A stretch of 56,418 nucleotides of DNA from a virus (Duplodnaviria > Caudoviricetes), in IMG/VR virus record IMGVR_UViG_3300043296_000188, positions 1-56,418 of that record; one strand, given 5' to 3'. The notes beneath the pieces were generated by a model. That model saw only the letters and a list, made by a program, of their open reading frames with translations, ran no database searches and was not told the DNA's origin. Made by a program: the position numbers and the translations under genes. Below, in pieces: positions 47,635 to 56,291 of this stretch. Each line of letters opens with the position of its first letter. Position 1 is the first letter of the stretch.

Positions 47635-48395
47635 TTTTCTGACCTTGCTTTTAATGCGACTTTGATTTTTTGCAGATTTTCAGCCAGCAATCCTTCGACT
47701 GAATCAATCTTCGCCCATGACAAAAAGTCTTTTTCGCTGAAATCGTCTATGCTTTCGATGGTTTCTTTTATCATGATGCATTCGTTTTCTGTTATGAATT
47801 GAAGAGGTTCTGCTGCTTGACCATCATCATCTTGATCATGGGTTGCGAGTCCGGTAAGAGCAAGAACTGTGTATCGCTCAAGGTATGATATTGTTGAACC
47901 CATTGACTGGATGGTATTTTTATTTCCTGTATTATCGAACCCTGCCTTAAGAGAAGTGCTTTCACTGTGCCCTAATTCATGAGTAATAATACAAGTCACT
48001 TTCATTGAGTTGTCATCTTGCTCAAGTGGAAAAGATACAGAAAAACCACACTCTCCAAGCCCTTTATTGATAGCATCTGTTACAGCACCAAGCGTTGCAT
48101 GTTTATAACTTGTTGAGCTAGCCCCAGGTTTTTTTGATTTAAACCCAACAGATTTGTCTTTGTATATTTTGGGAGGGTCTTTTTTAAATAAAGCCATTGC
48201 TTTAACATAAGCTTTTTTTGCCTCATAAGCATCGTACTCGCGCTGCAATTGCATCATTTCTCTAACATCTGAAAATTTACCACCTGCTGCAATAAACATT
48301 GTAACCTGTGTCATTGGTCCGGCACCCTCGGCAAGTTCAATTTGTTTAGGCTGGATAACTTCAGGTAAGTTCTTTTTCTGTTTTTTTTGTCCCAT
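47631..48395 (-). CDS. erf: ERF-family ssDNA annealing protein
   Basis: YKHATL, VTC.ITH.LGHSE, QSMGSTISYLERY...A.TGL...DDDG. Confidence 0.88.
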   Translation of the reverse strand: MGQKKQKKNLPEVIQPKQIELAEGAGPMTQVTMFIAAGGKFSDVREMMQLQREYDAYEAKKAYVKAMALFKKDPPKIYKDKSVGFKSKKPGASSTSYKHATLGAVTDAINKGLGECGFSVSFPLEQDDNSMKVTCIITHELGHSESTSLKAGFDNTGNKNTIQSMGSTISYLERYTVLALTGLATHDQDDDGQAAEPLQFITENECIMIKETIESIDDFSEKDFLSWAKIDSVEGLLAENLQKIKVALKARSEK

Positions 48396-48597
48396 TTAAT
48401 TTTCCTCCAAAATTCGAAAATGTTTTTTGATTTCATTCAACACAAGCCACTCATCGGCTTCTTCCTTTTGACTCAAGTTGATATCTTCTACAATATTGTT
48501 TGACATAAAAAATTCTACCCGGCGTTTCAGGGTTGGGGAATATATTTCAGCTTTGTAGCACTGAGGTCTTTTGTGGTATGGCATAGTTGACCCTGTA

Positions 48598-49164
48598 TTA
48601 GCTTTTAATAATACCAAGAGAATCAAGGTGACTTACAATTGCACCTTTTAATGTTTTGTTTTTAAAGTTTTCAAGCTCTTTCTGAAGGGTATTTTTACAA
48701 AAATCAGTAGCTTGTCTTTTTGCTGAATCTTTTATTCTTTCTAACGAGGAATCTATACTTTGTTCAATTTTCCATTCGATCCAGCTTTTGGTTGTGCTTG
48801 TACAACCTTCAAGTTTTTTACCATATGAATCAACAGGAGATAACATTTTTTCATCTATTTGCTTTTTAATGTAATCTTCAACAGATCCTATGAATTCTGA
48901 TTTTCCCCATCTGTCAGATATTACGACATCCTCGTTAATTAAATTCATCAATTTATTTTCAACAGCATCAACCACACTTTCTTTGATCTTTTCAGAAATT
49001 TCATCAATTTTTACTTTTGATATATCAGCGGTTACTTTATCTTGTATCTGTACTGATAAACCGTCTCTGAACAGCTGCTCAAATGATTCGCCAGAAGGCC
49101 CAAATTCTGGGTCATAATCTTGGAACATATCATCTGTGTCTATTTCGAATTTTAATATTGCCAT
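48598..49164 (-). CDS. Hypothetical protein
   Basis: 188 aa; AGGAG RBS. Confidence 0.65.
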   Translation of the reverse strand: MAILKFEIDTDDMFQDYDPEFGPSGESFEQLFRDGLSVQIQDKVTADISKVKIDEISEKIKESVVDAVENKLMNLINEDVVISDRWGKSEFIGSVEDYIKKQIDEKMLSPVDSYGKKLEGCTSTTKSWIEWKIEQSIDSSLERIKDSAKRQATDFCKNTLQKELENFKNKTLKGAIVSHLDSLGIIKS

Positions 49165-49303
49165 TTTATTCTCCTGTTATTGTTTATATATTATTCATTT
49201 TCCTCAAACCGACTAAAGATGATCCAGTAAAAAAAAGTAGGCAAGAATTTGCCAAGCAAGAGTCCTGCTATAATAAATATTATTGCAAAAATAATCCACA
49301 TAA

Positions 49304-49615
49304 TTACTCCCTCCAAGTCCAAAACCCACACCCCAAAAACAAAAATCCCAAAGATATTTTAAGCCCAAAAGAAAGAAAATTTATTATAACAAGAGTACAT
49401 GTGTCTTTCACCATATCGACTGATATATGCACTATAGAAGCAAGGATGCAGACAAGACCTATAAAGCCGATAGCTAATGAAATAATTAAACTCCTGGTTC
49501 TGAGATGCTTCCCTTCTTTTACGGCTTTCATCATGTCTGATTCTTCGATAGAAGTGTATTCCTTGTTTGAGTTGGTGTTCTTGTATTTATTGGCTGATAG
49601 TTGTATTGGTTTCAT
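49304..49615 (-). CDS. Two-TM membrane protein
   Basis: AAGGAG RBS; two hydrophobic segments. Confidence 0.55.
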   Translation of the reverse strand: MKPIQLSANKYKNTNSNKEYTSIEESDMMKAVKEGKHLRTRSLIISLAIGFIGLVCILASIVHISVDMVKDTCTLVIINFLSFGLKISLGFLFLGCGFWTWRE

Positions 49616-49753
49616 AATCTTCTCCTTTTTTGTTACCCGGCAAGATAGTTCCTGCCGGGTATTAAATAATCCTATCGCGTTCTTGGTTATCTCAAGGCTT
49701 CCTTGATATGCTATTTCTATAAGACTTTCTCCTTTTGTTATTGGTTATTGGTA

Positions 49754-49817
49754 ATGGGATTGCGCAGGACATTCTACCTTTTTGCAAGTCTTCACCCTTG
49801 CTTTCGCACAACCCCAT
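49754..49817 (-). ncRNA. Intergenic three-way-junction RNA candidate
   Basis: 13-bp closing stem whose G-U pairs work only on the minus strand; inner GCAAG/CTTGC hairpin. Confidence 0.4.
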
Positions 49818-49856
49818 ATTAAAAAGAACTTGTGTTCGGTCTTGATTTAAGGTTTG

Positions 49857-50156
49857 TTACTTTATGATTTTGACCTTGCAGCCGTATTGAGATTCAAGCT
49901 CGGAAATTGTTATCTCTTTTACCCTTGGTTCAACAACTCTGATAAAAGCTTTTGAATGCAAATAGATTCTGTCATTATTTGTGTTCCTGATAACTACGTC
50001 GTGGACTGAGTATCTGCCTGATTTGATAGCATCAGTCGTAGAATATAGTATCTCAAAAACATCTTTTGTAAGACCTATAGTATTATATCTTTCATGTTGG
50101 TCAATTCTTACAGCATAACTACCGTCAATGATTTTTACTCTATCACCTTTTTCCAT
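49857..50156 (-). CDS. Hypothetical protein
   Basis: GDRVKI start and KEITISELE..YG.KVKI tail; AAGGAG RBS. Confidence 0.65.
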   Translation of the reverse strand: MEKGDRVKIIDGSYAVRIDQHERYNTIGLTKDVFEILYSTTDAIKSGRYSVHDVVIRNTNNDRIYLHSKAFIRVVEPRVKEITISELESQYGCKVKIIK

Positions 50157-50407
50157 ACTCTCTCCTTATCTAAGATTATAATTGCTGTTTCTGCCTAAAA
50201 TTTGTAATGGGATAATGAACCTCATCTCTCTATGGTTCTGGTAGCATGTTTGCTGTGTGCAAATCTAAGATACCGTAATTGATTTACAGTGACCAACATT
50301 GCGATGTTGCCAGAGCACCATTTCTGGTCGCTTACACGGTTTTTTCGTTCGACTAACATTATCCCAAATTTTCAAAGAGCTTTTATTCTGTTGTTCTATC
50401 AAGCTTG

Positions 50408-50770
50408 TTATGTGAATGAGCAGGTTGCTGTTGAACCAAAGGGAGAAACATTTGTAGATTCTCCGCATAAGTCTCTTCTTGTTATGGTATTATAGAAACC
50501 ATATTTAAGCATTGAGAATACGGCAGACAGGTCTTTATGATACACTTCTTTTGTAGTGTAATTCGTTTTTTTTGGGGTATATGCAGGACCATGAAACCCA
50601 GCCAAGCATTCCTCAGTATTTTCCTTATTAAGAACTGAAAGGCCTTGGTCATAATCAAACAACACCCGACCAGTGGCTTTTTTACCGGAACCGTTTTGCC
50701 AGGTAACGTCAACGCCTTCATATTCTACAGGATTAATCGCTCTAAGTTGTTTTTCTGTCATTGTATCCAT
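50408..50770 (-). CDS. Hypothetical protein, first gene of the leftward operon
   Basis: AAGGGAG RBS. Confidence 0.6.
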   Translation of the reverse strand: MDTMTEKQLRAINPVEYEGVDVTWQNGSGKKATGRVLFDYDQGLSVLNKENTEECLAGFHGPAYTPKKTNYTTKEVYHKDLSAVFSMLKYGFYNTITRRDLCGESTNVSPFGSTATCSFT

Positions 50771-50876
50771 AGTTTTCTCCCTTATTAAAAGTTATCATTT
50801 CTTGGTTCTTGCCATTCAAGCTCTGAATCAATCCTCAAATTCAATTAGGTGTTCGATTCTGGCTTGATTTTCTTAC

Positions 50877-50952
50877 ATCATACCACCCCGAAATTGTATG
50901 TGTCAAGTAAAAATAAAATATGTTTGACATTTAATTAAGATAAGGGTACTAT
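50877..50952. promoter_or_regulatory. Back-to-back divergent sigma70 promoters
   Basis: Rightward TTGACA(50924)-17-TACTAT; leftward TTGACA(50906)-18-TATGAT with TGn extension. Confidence 0.75.
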
Positions 50953-50994
50953 AGTAGACAAATGAAAGGATCATTATTATAAAAGGAGAACAAA

Positions 50995-51198
50995 TTGAAA
51001 AAAGAAAAGTTATTAGCTAAAGAAATCAGGTTGATCGGTATGACACAAAAAGAGGTTGCTAAAAAATTAGGTGTCAGCGAAATGACCGTATCTAATTGGA
51101 TAACCGGTAATGCAGTTATTAGTCCTGTTTATGTTAGGAAGTTGAGTGAGATCGGGATTCCAAAACAAGCTATAAGGGAGCCATCAAAGGAGGTTTAA
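50995..51198 (+). CDS. Cro-like XRE HTH regulator
   Basis: GMTQKEVAKKLGVSEMTVSNWITG; 67 aa; first gene after the rightward promoter. Confidence 0.88.
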   Translation: MKKEKLLAKEIRLIGMTQKEVAKKLGVSEMTVSNWITGNAVISPVYVRKLSEIGIPKQAIREPSKEV

Positions 51199-51477
51199 AT
51201 GAGATTAGCATCAATAGAATTATTAATCAGCCAATGCGAAGAACAAATTAAATTCGCTGAACGCCCAAGCAGAATTAACAGTTTGAAACTTTTAGAAGTT
51301 GCAAAGGAATATACCAGCCTGATTGGTGAACGGGATAAATACAAAGCATTAGCAACTGTAAATAGTCGGTGTCGGCTTTATGTTAATCCTGAAAAAAGTT
51401 GTGAAGCTTTAAAAGATCGGGATTATGAACTAAAACACGGGAAGCAAAGACCAAAAAATAAAGAGGTGGAGGTTTAA
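51199..51477 (+). CDS. Hypothetical protein
   Basis: GGAGG RBS; abuts upstream stop. Confidence 0.6.
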   Translation: MRLASIELLISQCEEQIKFAERPSRINSLKLLEVAKEYTSLIGERDKYKALATVNSRCRLYVNPEKSCEALKDRDYELKHGKQRPKNKEVEV

Positions 51478-51678
51478 ATGATTGAAGTGGAAAACAAAGT
51501 TAAAATATATGACATAGCCGGAAAGAAAAATACTGACGTTTCAGAAATAAAAATAACTTCACACTGGAATGATGATAGGTTTATAAATATAATTCTCCCG
51601 GGATTTTCTGAATTAAAAGTATTAGCTGGAGACCTTGAAGCTGCTATAAAAAACGCAACTAATACGGCTCGATTTTAA
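51478..51678 (+). CDS. Hypothetical protein
   Basis: SHWN...DL.AAI.NA motif; GGAGG RBS. Confidence 0.6.
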   Translation: MIEVENKVKIYDIAGKKNTDVSEIKITSHWNDDRFINIILPGFSELKVLAGDLEAAIKNATNTARF

Positions 51679-51687
51679 GAGAAGGAA

Positions 51688-52029
51688 ATGGACATAAAGA
51701 TAAATAAAAGTATACCTTACAACTTTTCTGAAGATGGATATAATTGGACTTTGATTGCTGTTAAGAATGATTTTTCAAAAGCTAAAACATTAATCCACTG
51801 CGAATATGAAAATCAATATGGGCATCTTAAAGTGCTGCTTAATAATAATGAATGCAAGATCCATGACTTCCAAAGAGAAAGTATCTCAAGAAAGGTAACA
51901 TGCACTCAGTGTGGCACAGAAAAAAAGCTTGTCTGGCAATGTAAATACTGCGGTGAAAACGAAAAGCCAAGGTGCCATAAATGTGTAAGAGAAGATGGCA
52001 AATCGGTTTCGGATGAACTTGAGGTTTAA
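51688..52029 (+). CDS. Zn-ribbon protein
   Basis: CTQC, CKYC, CHKC. Confidence 0.6.
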   Translation: MDIKINKSIPYNFSEDGYNWTLIAVKNDFSKAKTLIHCEYENQYGHLKVLLNNNECKIHDFQRESISRKVTCTQCGTEKKLVWQCKYCGENEKPRCHKCVREDGKSVSDELEV

Positions 52030-52292
52030 TTAAAGGAGGTTTAAAATGAAACATAGAATACAATTAAGCTATTGGAAAAAGGGAATGAAAATAACCTGTC
52101 CAGATTGTGGAAGAAAAATCAAAGAACCTTACAAATGCAAATGTGGTGCTGTTTTAAAACCTTTTGTAAAAATGCAAAAGCTTTAAATGCCAAAAAATAA
52201 CACTAAAATAAATGAATGCGGATTCAGAAAAAATGCTGCTCTTATATACGCGCAATCCGTATATCTTCTTATTACACGAATTGGAGGCAAAT

Positions 52293-52565
52293 ATGAAAGA
52301 GATGGAAATATCTAACAAAAACGGAATGCCAGTTATTAACGTTGGTGAATTGAAAGAACTTTTAGTCCCATTTAAGGATGGTTGCCCAGTAGACCCAATT
52401 TCCGTTTTTTACACCATGGATGGTTTGAACTGTATCAAACTCTCTATAAAATCGTGTAATAAAGTTAATGCAACAATCACAAAGCCTGTATGTTATAAAT
52501 GCGAAAGTTGGAAAGTTGTCATGTCTTATGATTTTTGCCCAGAGTGTGGAAGGGCTTTGCGTTGA
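52293..52565 (+). CDS. Zn-ribbon protein (start moved to ATG 52293)
   Basis: GGAGG RBS; CYKC...FCPECGR. Confidence 0.6.
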   Translation: MKEMEISNKNGMPVINVGELKELLVPFKDGCPVDPISVFYTMDGLNCIKLSIKSCNKVNATITKPVCYKCESWKVVMSYDFCPECGRALR

Positions 52566-52601
52566 TGATTACAAAACATTCTTTCGCTTTGGAGGTTTAA
52601 A

Positions 52602-52853
52602 ATGAAACATAAATTTAGAGAGCTTGATTTATCGCCCGCCGCAAAAGGAACTGAATTTTGTTCCTCATGTGGACTAATTAAGAACCCTAAAAATAAAAAT
52701 AGTCCATGCGTTGGTGCGGCTGGTATCCGACCTTTCCAACCGGCGAAAGAATCAGCTATTGCAGCGGATGGCTGTGAAGCTTTTAACGAATGTAATCTTA
52801 AAAACCATATTTGTAATGGGAAGGGTTGCCTTTATTATGTGGGCCACCGTTGA
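52602..52853 (+). CDS. Cys-rich hypothetical protein
   Basis: GGAGG RBS; CSSCG. Confidence 0.55.
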   Translation: MKHKFRELDLSPAAKGTEFCSSCGLIKNPKNKNSPCVGAAGIRPFQPAKESAIAADGCEAFNECNLKNHICNGKGCLYYVGHR

Positions 52854-52877
52854 ACCGCATTATTAACAGGAAGAGAC

Positions 52878-53252
52878 ATGGAAATAACAATAATAAAAAA
52901 TAAATGGGGCAAAACCAAACAAGAAACAAAACCATATCCTATTTTCGATAAACCTTCTCCTGATCAATTAGTATTTAATATTGTCGATATCCCCGGTTTA
53001 ATTTTTTGTACGCATAGTAATACCCGTGCAATCTCCTGGCCTATAAATGACTTTTTAGAACTGTGCAAGGATTGCGGAATGTCAAGACATTGTAAAGGTT
53101 TAAAGACTGGCAAATGGGTAATTATCGATGTTTTGTATGAGCGTGATAAATTATCAAAATATCTTAAAGCGAATAGAAGTAAGTCTGTATGTTTGGTTGA
53201 TTTTAATAGATATCCGTTTGTATTATTTGAATTTTATGCAGGAGAATTTTGA
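52878..53252 (+). CDS. Hypothetical protein
   Basis: 124 aa; its TGA overlaps ATG 53252. Confidence 0.55.
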   Translation: MEITIIKNKWGKTKQETKPYPIFDKPSPDQLVFNIVDIPGLIFCTHSNTRAISWPINDFLELCKDCGMSRHCKGLKTGKWVIIDVLYERDKLSKYLKANRSKSVCLVDFNRYPFVLFEFYAGEF

Positions 53253-54256
53253 TGTGGATAATACCAAAAAACCACCAACTATACTCAGTCTTTGCACAGG
53301 ATATGGTGGCATCGAAAAAGGACTTGAAAAGGCAATTGGGAAGATCACGCCGATCGCTCATGTGGAGATCGAAGCTTTCGCAGATTGCAACCTGGTTAAC
53401 AAGATGGAAACCGGGAAGCTGGTTCCTGTACCTATCTGGACGAATATTAAAACATTCCGCCCGTACATCTTTCGAGACAAAGTTGATATCCTCACTGGAG
53501 GGTATCCCTGCCAACCATTTTCGGCAGCCGGAAAAAGAAAAGGAAAAGAAGATCCCCGACACTTATGGCCTTGGATCAAAGAAATTATCAAAACTGTCCG
53601 GCCGGGACTCTGTTTTTTTGAAAACGTCGAAGGACATATTAGCCTTGGATTGCGAGAAGTCCTTACCGATCTGGTTAAGCTCGGATACAGCGTGGAAAAC
53701 GATTGTGGTGAACCAACGTGGGGATTATTCTCGGCGGCTGAAGTCGGAGCTCCACACCAGAGAAAAAGAGCGTTTATCTTGGCGTACTCCAGCGACTTTA
53801 GATCCCGGGATATCTTTGGACAGATTGGATGTGAAACCGGGACAGAGGTTTTACGACAAAGAGACAGGTCGGAACGCTCAGTACGGATTAACTCAACAGG
53901 TACAGGTGAAAAGTTGGATAACACCAAATTGCCGGGATTGGAAGTCAGAAGTAGGTGGCGCCAGAACACCAGAACAACAAAAGCGTCACAGCCCACCTCT
54001 ATTTTTCCAAGTGATCGATGGCCAGCAAGACCCGGTGAACCTCAATACGAATGGGAAGAGCCAAGGGTGGTTAACTCCGAAAGTTCCGAGCGGCGGGGGA
54101 CACTCAACGAGAACGACCAAAGGCGGGGGATTGAGAAAACTGGAAGATCAGACGGAACCAATGGACAGAACAGCAAAATTAAACCCCAATTGGGTAGAAC
54201 AATTGATGGGAATCGAGACAGGGTGGACCGCCTTAGATTATGTGGAAATGGAGTAG
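53252..54256 (+). CDS. Overlapping-frame partner (beta polypeptide) carrying motif IX and WxTP repeats
   Basis: 334 codons open in the alternate frame; ATG coupled to upstream TGA; WRTP/WITP/WLTP; LNPNWVEQLMGIETGWT. Confidence 0.75.
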   Translation: MWIIPKNHQLYSVFAQDMVASKKDLKRQLGRSRRSLMWRSKLSQIATWLTRWKPGSWFLYLSGRILKHSARTSFETKLISSLEGIPANHFRQPEKEKEKKIPDTYGLGSKKLSKLSGRDSVFLKTSKDILALDCEKSLPIWLSSDTAWKTIVVNQRGDYSRRLKSELHTREKERLSWRTPATLDPGISLDRLDVKPGQRFYDKETGRNAQYGLTQQVQVKSWITPNCRDWKSEVGGARTPEQQKRHSPPLFFQVIDGQQDPVNLNTNGKSQGWLTPKVPSGGGHSTRTTKGGGLRKLEDQTEPMDRTAKLNPNWVEQLMGIETGWTALDYVEME

Positions 54257-54351
54257 TACCGGCAACAGCCGAAAAAGCGTTTATAACTTTAATGGGTAGA
54301 ATATTAAATCCGGGACTCAGTCAACCATCAATCCAATTGGAATTATTTTAA
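53254..54351 (+). CDS. C5-cytosine DNA methyltransferase, alpha polypeptide (motifs I-VIII and X)
   Basis: SLCTGYGG (I), GGYPCQPFS (IV), ENV (VI), PHQRKRAF (VIII), LRLCGNGVV (X); GTG start 53254 behind GGAG. Confidence 0.88.
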   Translation: MDNTKKPPTILSLCTGYGGIEKGLEKAIGKITPIAHVEIEAFADCNLVNKMETGKLVPVPIWTNIKTFRPYIFRDKVDILTGGYPCQPFSAAGKRKGKEDPRHLWPWIKEIIKTVRPGLCFFENVEGHISLGLREVLTDLVKLGYSVENDCGEPTWGLFSAAEVGAPHQRKRAFILAYSSDFRSRDIFGQIGCETGTEVLRQRDRSERSVRINSTGTGEKLDNTKLPGLEVRSRWRQNTRTTKASQPTSIFPSDRWPARPGEPQYEWEEPRVVNSESSERRGTLNENDQRRGIEKTGRSDGTNGQNSKIKPQLGRTIDGNRDRVDRLRLCGNGVVPATAEKAFITLMGRILNPGLSQPSIQLELF

Positions 54352-54359
54352 GGAGAATT

Positions 54360-54674
54360 ATGCCAACTTACACCGAAAACCCAAATCAAAAATTATTCTG
54401 CGTAGACTTTGATGGAACTTTAACAAAAGGCGGTTATTCAAACGAACCAGAACCAGAACAGTCAGTTATTGACCGAGTTAATGAACTTTTCATGCAAGGC
54501 CACATAATTATAATCTGGACTGCCAGGCAATGGGATGCAGCGCCTTTTCTTGTTGGATGGTTGACAAAGTACTCAGTTTATCATCATGGCATTAAAATGG
54601 CTAAGGGCGGCTCTGATTATTATCTTGACGATAAGATGATTGATTTTAATAAATTTTACACAGGTGAGTTTTAA
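54360..54674 (+). CDS. Minimal HAD-superfamily phosphatase
   Basis: VDFDGTL, WTAR, K, YLDDK. Confidence 0.85.
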   Translation: MPTYTENPNQKLFCVDFDGTLTKGGYSNEPEPEQSVIDRVNELFMQGHIIIIWTARQWDAAPFLVGWLTKYSVYHHGIKMAKGGSDYYLDDKMIDFNKFYTGEF

Positions 54675-54675
54675 A

Positions 54676-55011
54676 ATGTTCACCCCTGATCCCAAAAAAG
54701 GAAAAAAGCCAAAGAAGAAACCACCCGGCATAGACAAGAAATATAAAGCCTGGATATTAATGCAGCCATGCTGCAAACCAGATTGCCAAGGTGACTGTGG
54801 AGAAGTAACAGGCGCACACCAAACCATATTAGGTGGTGGCGGTACTGGATTAAAACCTCCTGATAAAGACATGCTTCCCCTCGGAAAATTCCATCATGAC
54901 GAAGAACATAGAGGATCAGTAACTTTCTGGAAACAAGGAACAAAAGCAAAGACAAAGATATTTGTGCAAGAATTGTGTGATAAGCATATTTTGAAATATA
55001 AGGAGGAATGA
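54676..55011 (+). CDS. HNH-like (DUF968/Ref-like) Zn nuclease
   Basis: Y.AWI..QPC, AH, G.GLKPPD...PL...HH.E.H. Confidence 0.7.
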   Translation: MFTPDPKKGKKPKKKPPGIDKKYKAWILMQPCCKPDCQGDCGEVTGAHQTILGGGGTGLKPPDKDMLPLGKFHHDEEHRGSVTFWKQGTKAKTKIFVQELCDKHILKYKEE

Positions 55012-55214
55012 TATTCATGGAACATATATTAAAATTAATAGTGATAATTTTATTTTTTGGAAGTGCAATTACCTCAACCATTTCACTCTACGTCCTAATC
55101 TGGTTTGAAAAGTATAAAGATATTTCATTAAACTTGATATTATCATGTTGCTTAACTTTAGTTATTTGTGGGCTCTTAAAATCAGCTATTGATAAATTTT
55201 ATAAAATTAAATAA
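55008..55214 (+). CDS. Two-TM membrane protein
   Basis: Two hydrophobic segments; AGGAGG RBS. Confidence 0.55.
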   Translation: MIFMEHILKLIVIILFFGSAITSTISLYVLIWFEKYKDISLNLILSCCLTLVICGLLKSAIDKFYKIK

Positions 55215-55217
55215 CAA

Positions 55218-55400
55218 TTGACTTATTTTGAGAATAAGCGTACAGTTAATTATTAAGGAGTATCAATTATGTGCCGTCGCAGGGCCGAAATTAAAAATAG
55301 AAATAGGATCATTAACACCAGATATCTGTTATTTGGAATAGAGCTGCGACCTCTCGTTAATGATCCTTTTTGTGTTTTTAAGGTTGGTACTCATGTCTAA
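55218..55400 (+). promoter_or_regulatory. Promoter plus structured leader/attenuator with a 43-codon leader ORF
   Basis: TTGACT-17-TACAGT; complementary loops GTCGCAG/CTGCGAC; 12-bp stem plus U-tract; ORF 55269-55400. Confidence 0.6.
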
Positions 55401-55722
55401 GAAAAACAAATATAAAGACTATCTAAAATCTGACGAATGGGCTGATATAAGAGCAGTTGTTATTGAAATACACGGCAGCATATGCCAATCCTGCTTAGAA
55501 AAAACAAGATACCCTCAAATTCACCATCTCACATATAAGAATCTTTACAATGAAGAACCTGAAGATTTAACATTGCTTTGCAAAAAATGCCATGAGAAAA
55601 CACACGGTATTAAAAAACGGATAAAGTACAATAAAAGAAACTTCGGAAGAATTGTTAAAGAAAATGCTCGGTTGAGAGAAATTATCATTGAATTACAAAA
55701 ACAAATAGAGGCCAAAATTTAA
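55393..55722 (+). CDS. HNH endonuclease
   Basis: YLKS.EW, CQSC, IHHLTY, E..EDL.LLCKKCH. Confidence 0.85.
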   Translation: MSKKNKYKDYLKSDEWADIRAVVIEIHGSICQSCLEKTRYPQIHHLTYKNLYNEEPEDLTLLCKKCHEKTHGIKKRIKYNKRNFGRIVKENARLREIIIELQKQIEAKI

Positions 55723-55757
55723 CGGACACAAAACCGTACTAAGAAAAGGAGAATAAA

Positions 55758-55979
55758 ATGAAACTTAAATTCACTAAAAAATCTACAGGCCCAAGTATAT
55801 TATGCCTCACCAAATCTATTACAAATTGCAAACATATTGGTATTGAAGGTATTAGTATTGGTTCTATTTTTTGTAAAGAAGATTGTAAACACTTTGTTTC
55901 AATTGATGATAAACTTAATATTGTTGATTGCATTCACCCCCAATTTGAAGTAATAGAAAATTGCTTAAGGAAGAATTGA
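55758..55979 (+). CDS. Cys-rich hypothetical protein
   Basis: AAGGAG RBS; IGS.FC..C. Confidence 0.55.
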   Translation: MKLKFTKKSTGPSILCLTKSITNCKHIGIEGISIGSIFCKEDCKHFVSIDDKLNIVDCIHPQFEVIENCLRKN

Positions 55980-56020
55980 AGAAAAAATAAACACTTAATG
56001 ATTAAATAAAGGAGAATAAA

Positions 56021-56281
56021 ATGACACCATTAGCCGTTGGAATACTTTTACACTTTTATACAACACCTGCGGAGTACCCTGGATTGCATAATAACCCACA
56101 ACAAGAAATTATAAAAGATTTTATTGACAATGGAATAATAGTAAAATTCGGAACAAATGATACCAGGTACAGGGTAACAAAAAAGGGTGAGGCTTTTATA
56201 GAAATGATTCTTTCAACTCCTTACCCGATTAGAACATTTGTTAACCCTTTGACTTCTGAAATTATTAAGGAAACCCCATGA
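56021..56281 (+). CDS. Small winged-helix-like hypothetical protein
   Basis: AAGGAG RBS; YRVTKKG.AF. Confidence 0.55.
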   Translation: MTPLAVGILLHFYTTPAEYPGLHNNPQQEIIKDFIDNGIIVKFGTNDTRYRVTKKGEAFIEMILSTPYPIRTFVNPLTSEIIKETP

Positions 56282-56291
56282 GCTTCACACG

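Noticed and set aside
53358-53996. 212-aa antisense ORF as a third overlapping gene in the methyltransferase locus
   Set aside because: No motifs or clear RBS; expected by-product of a GC-richer region constrained in two sense frames
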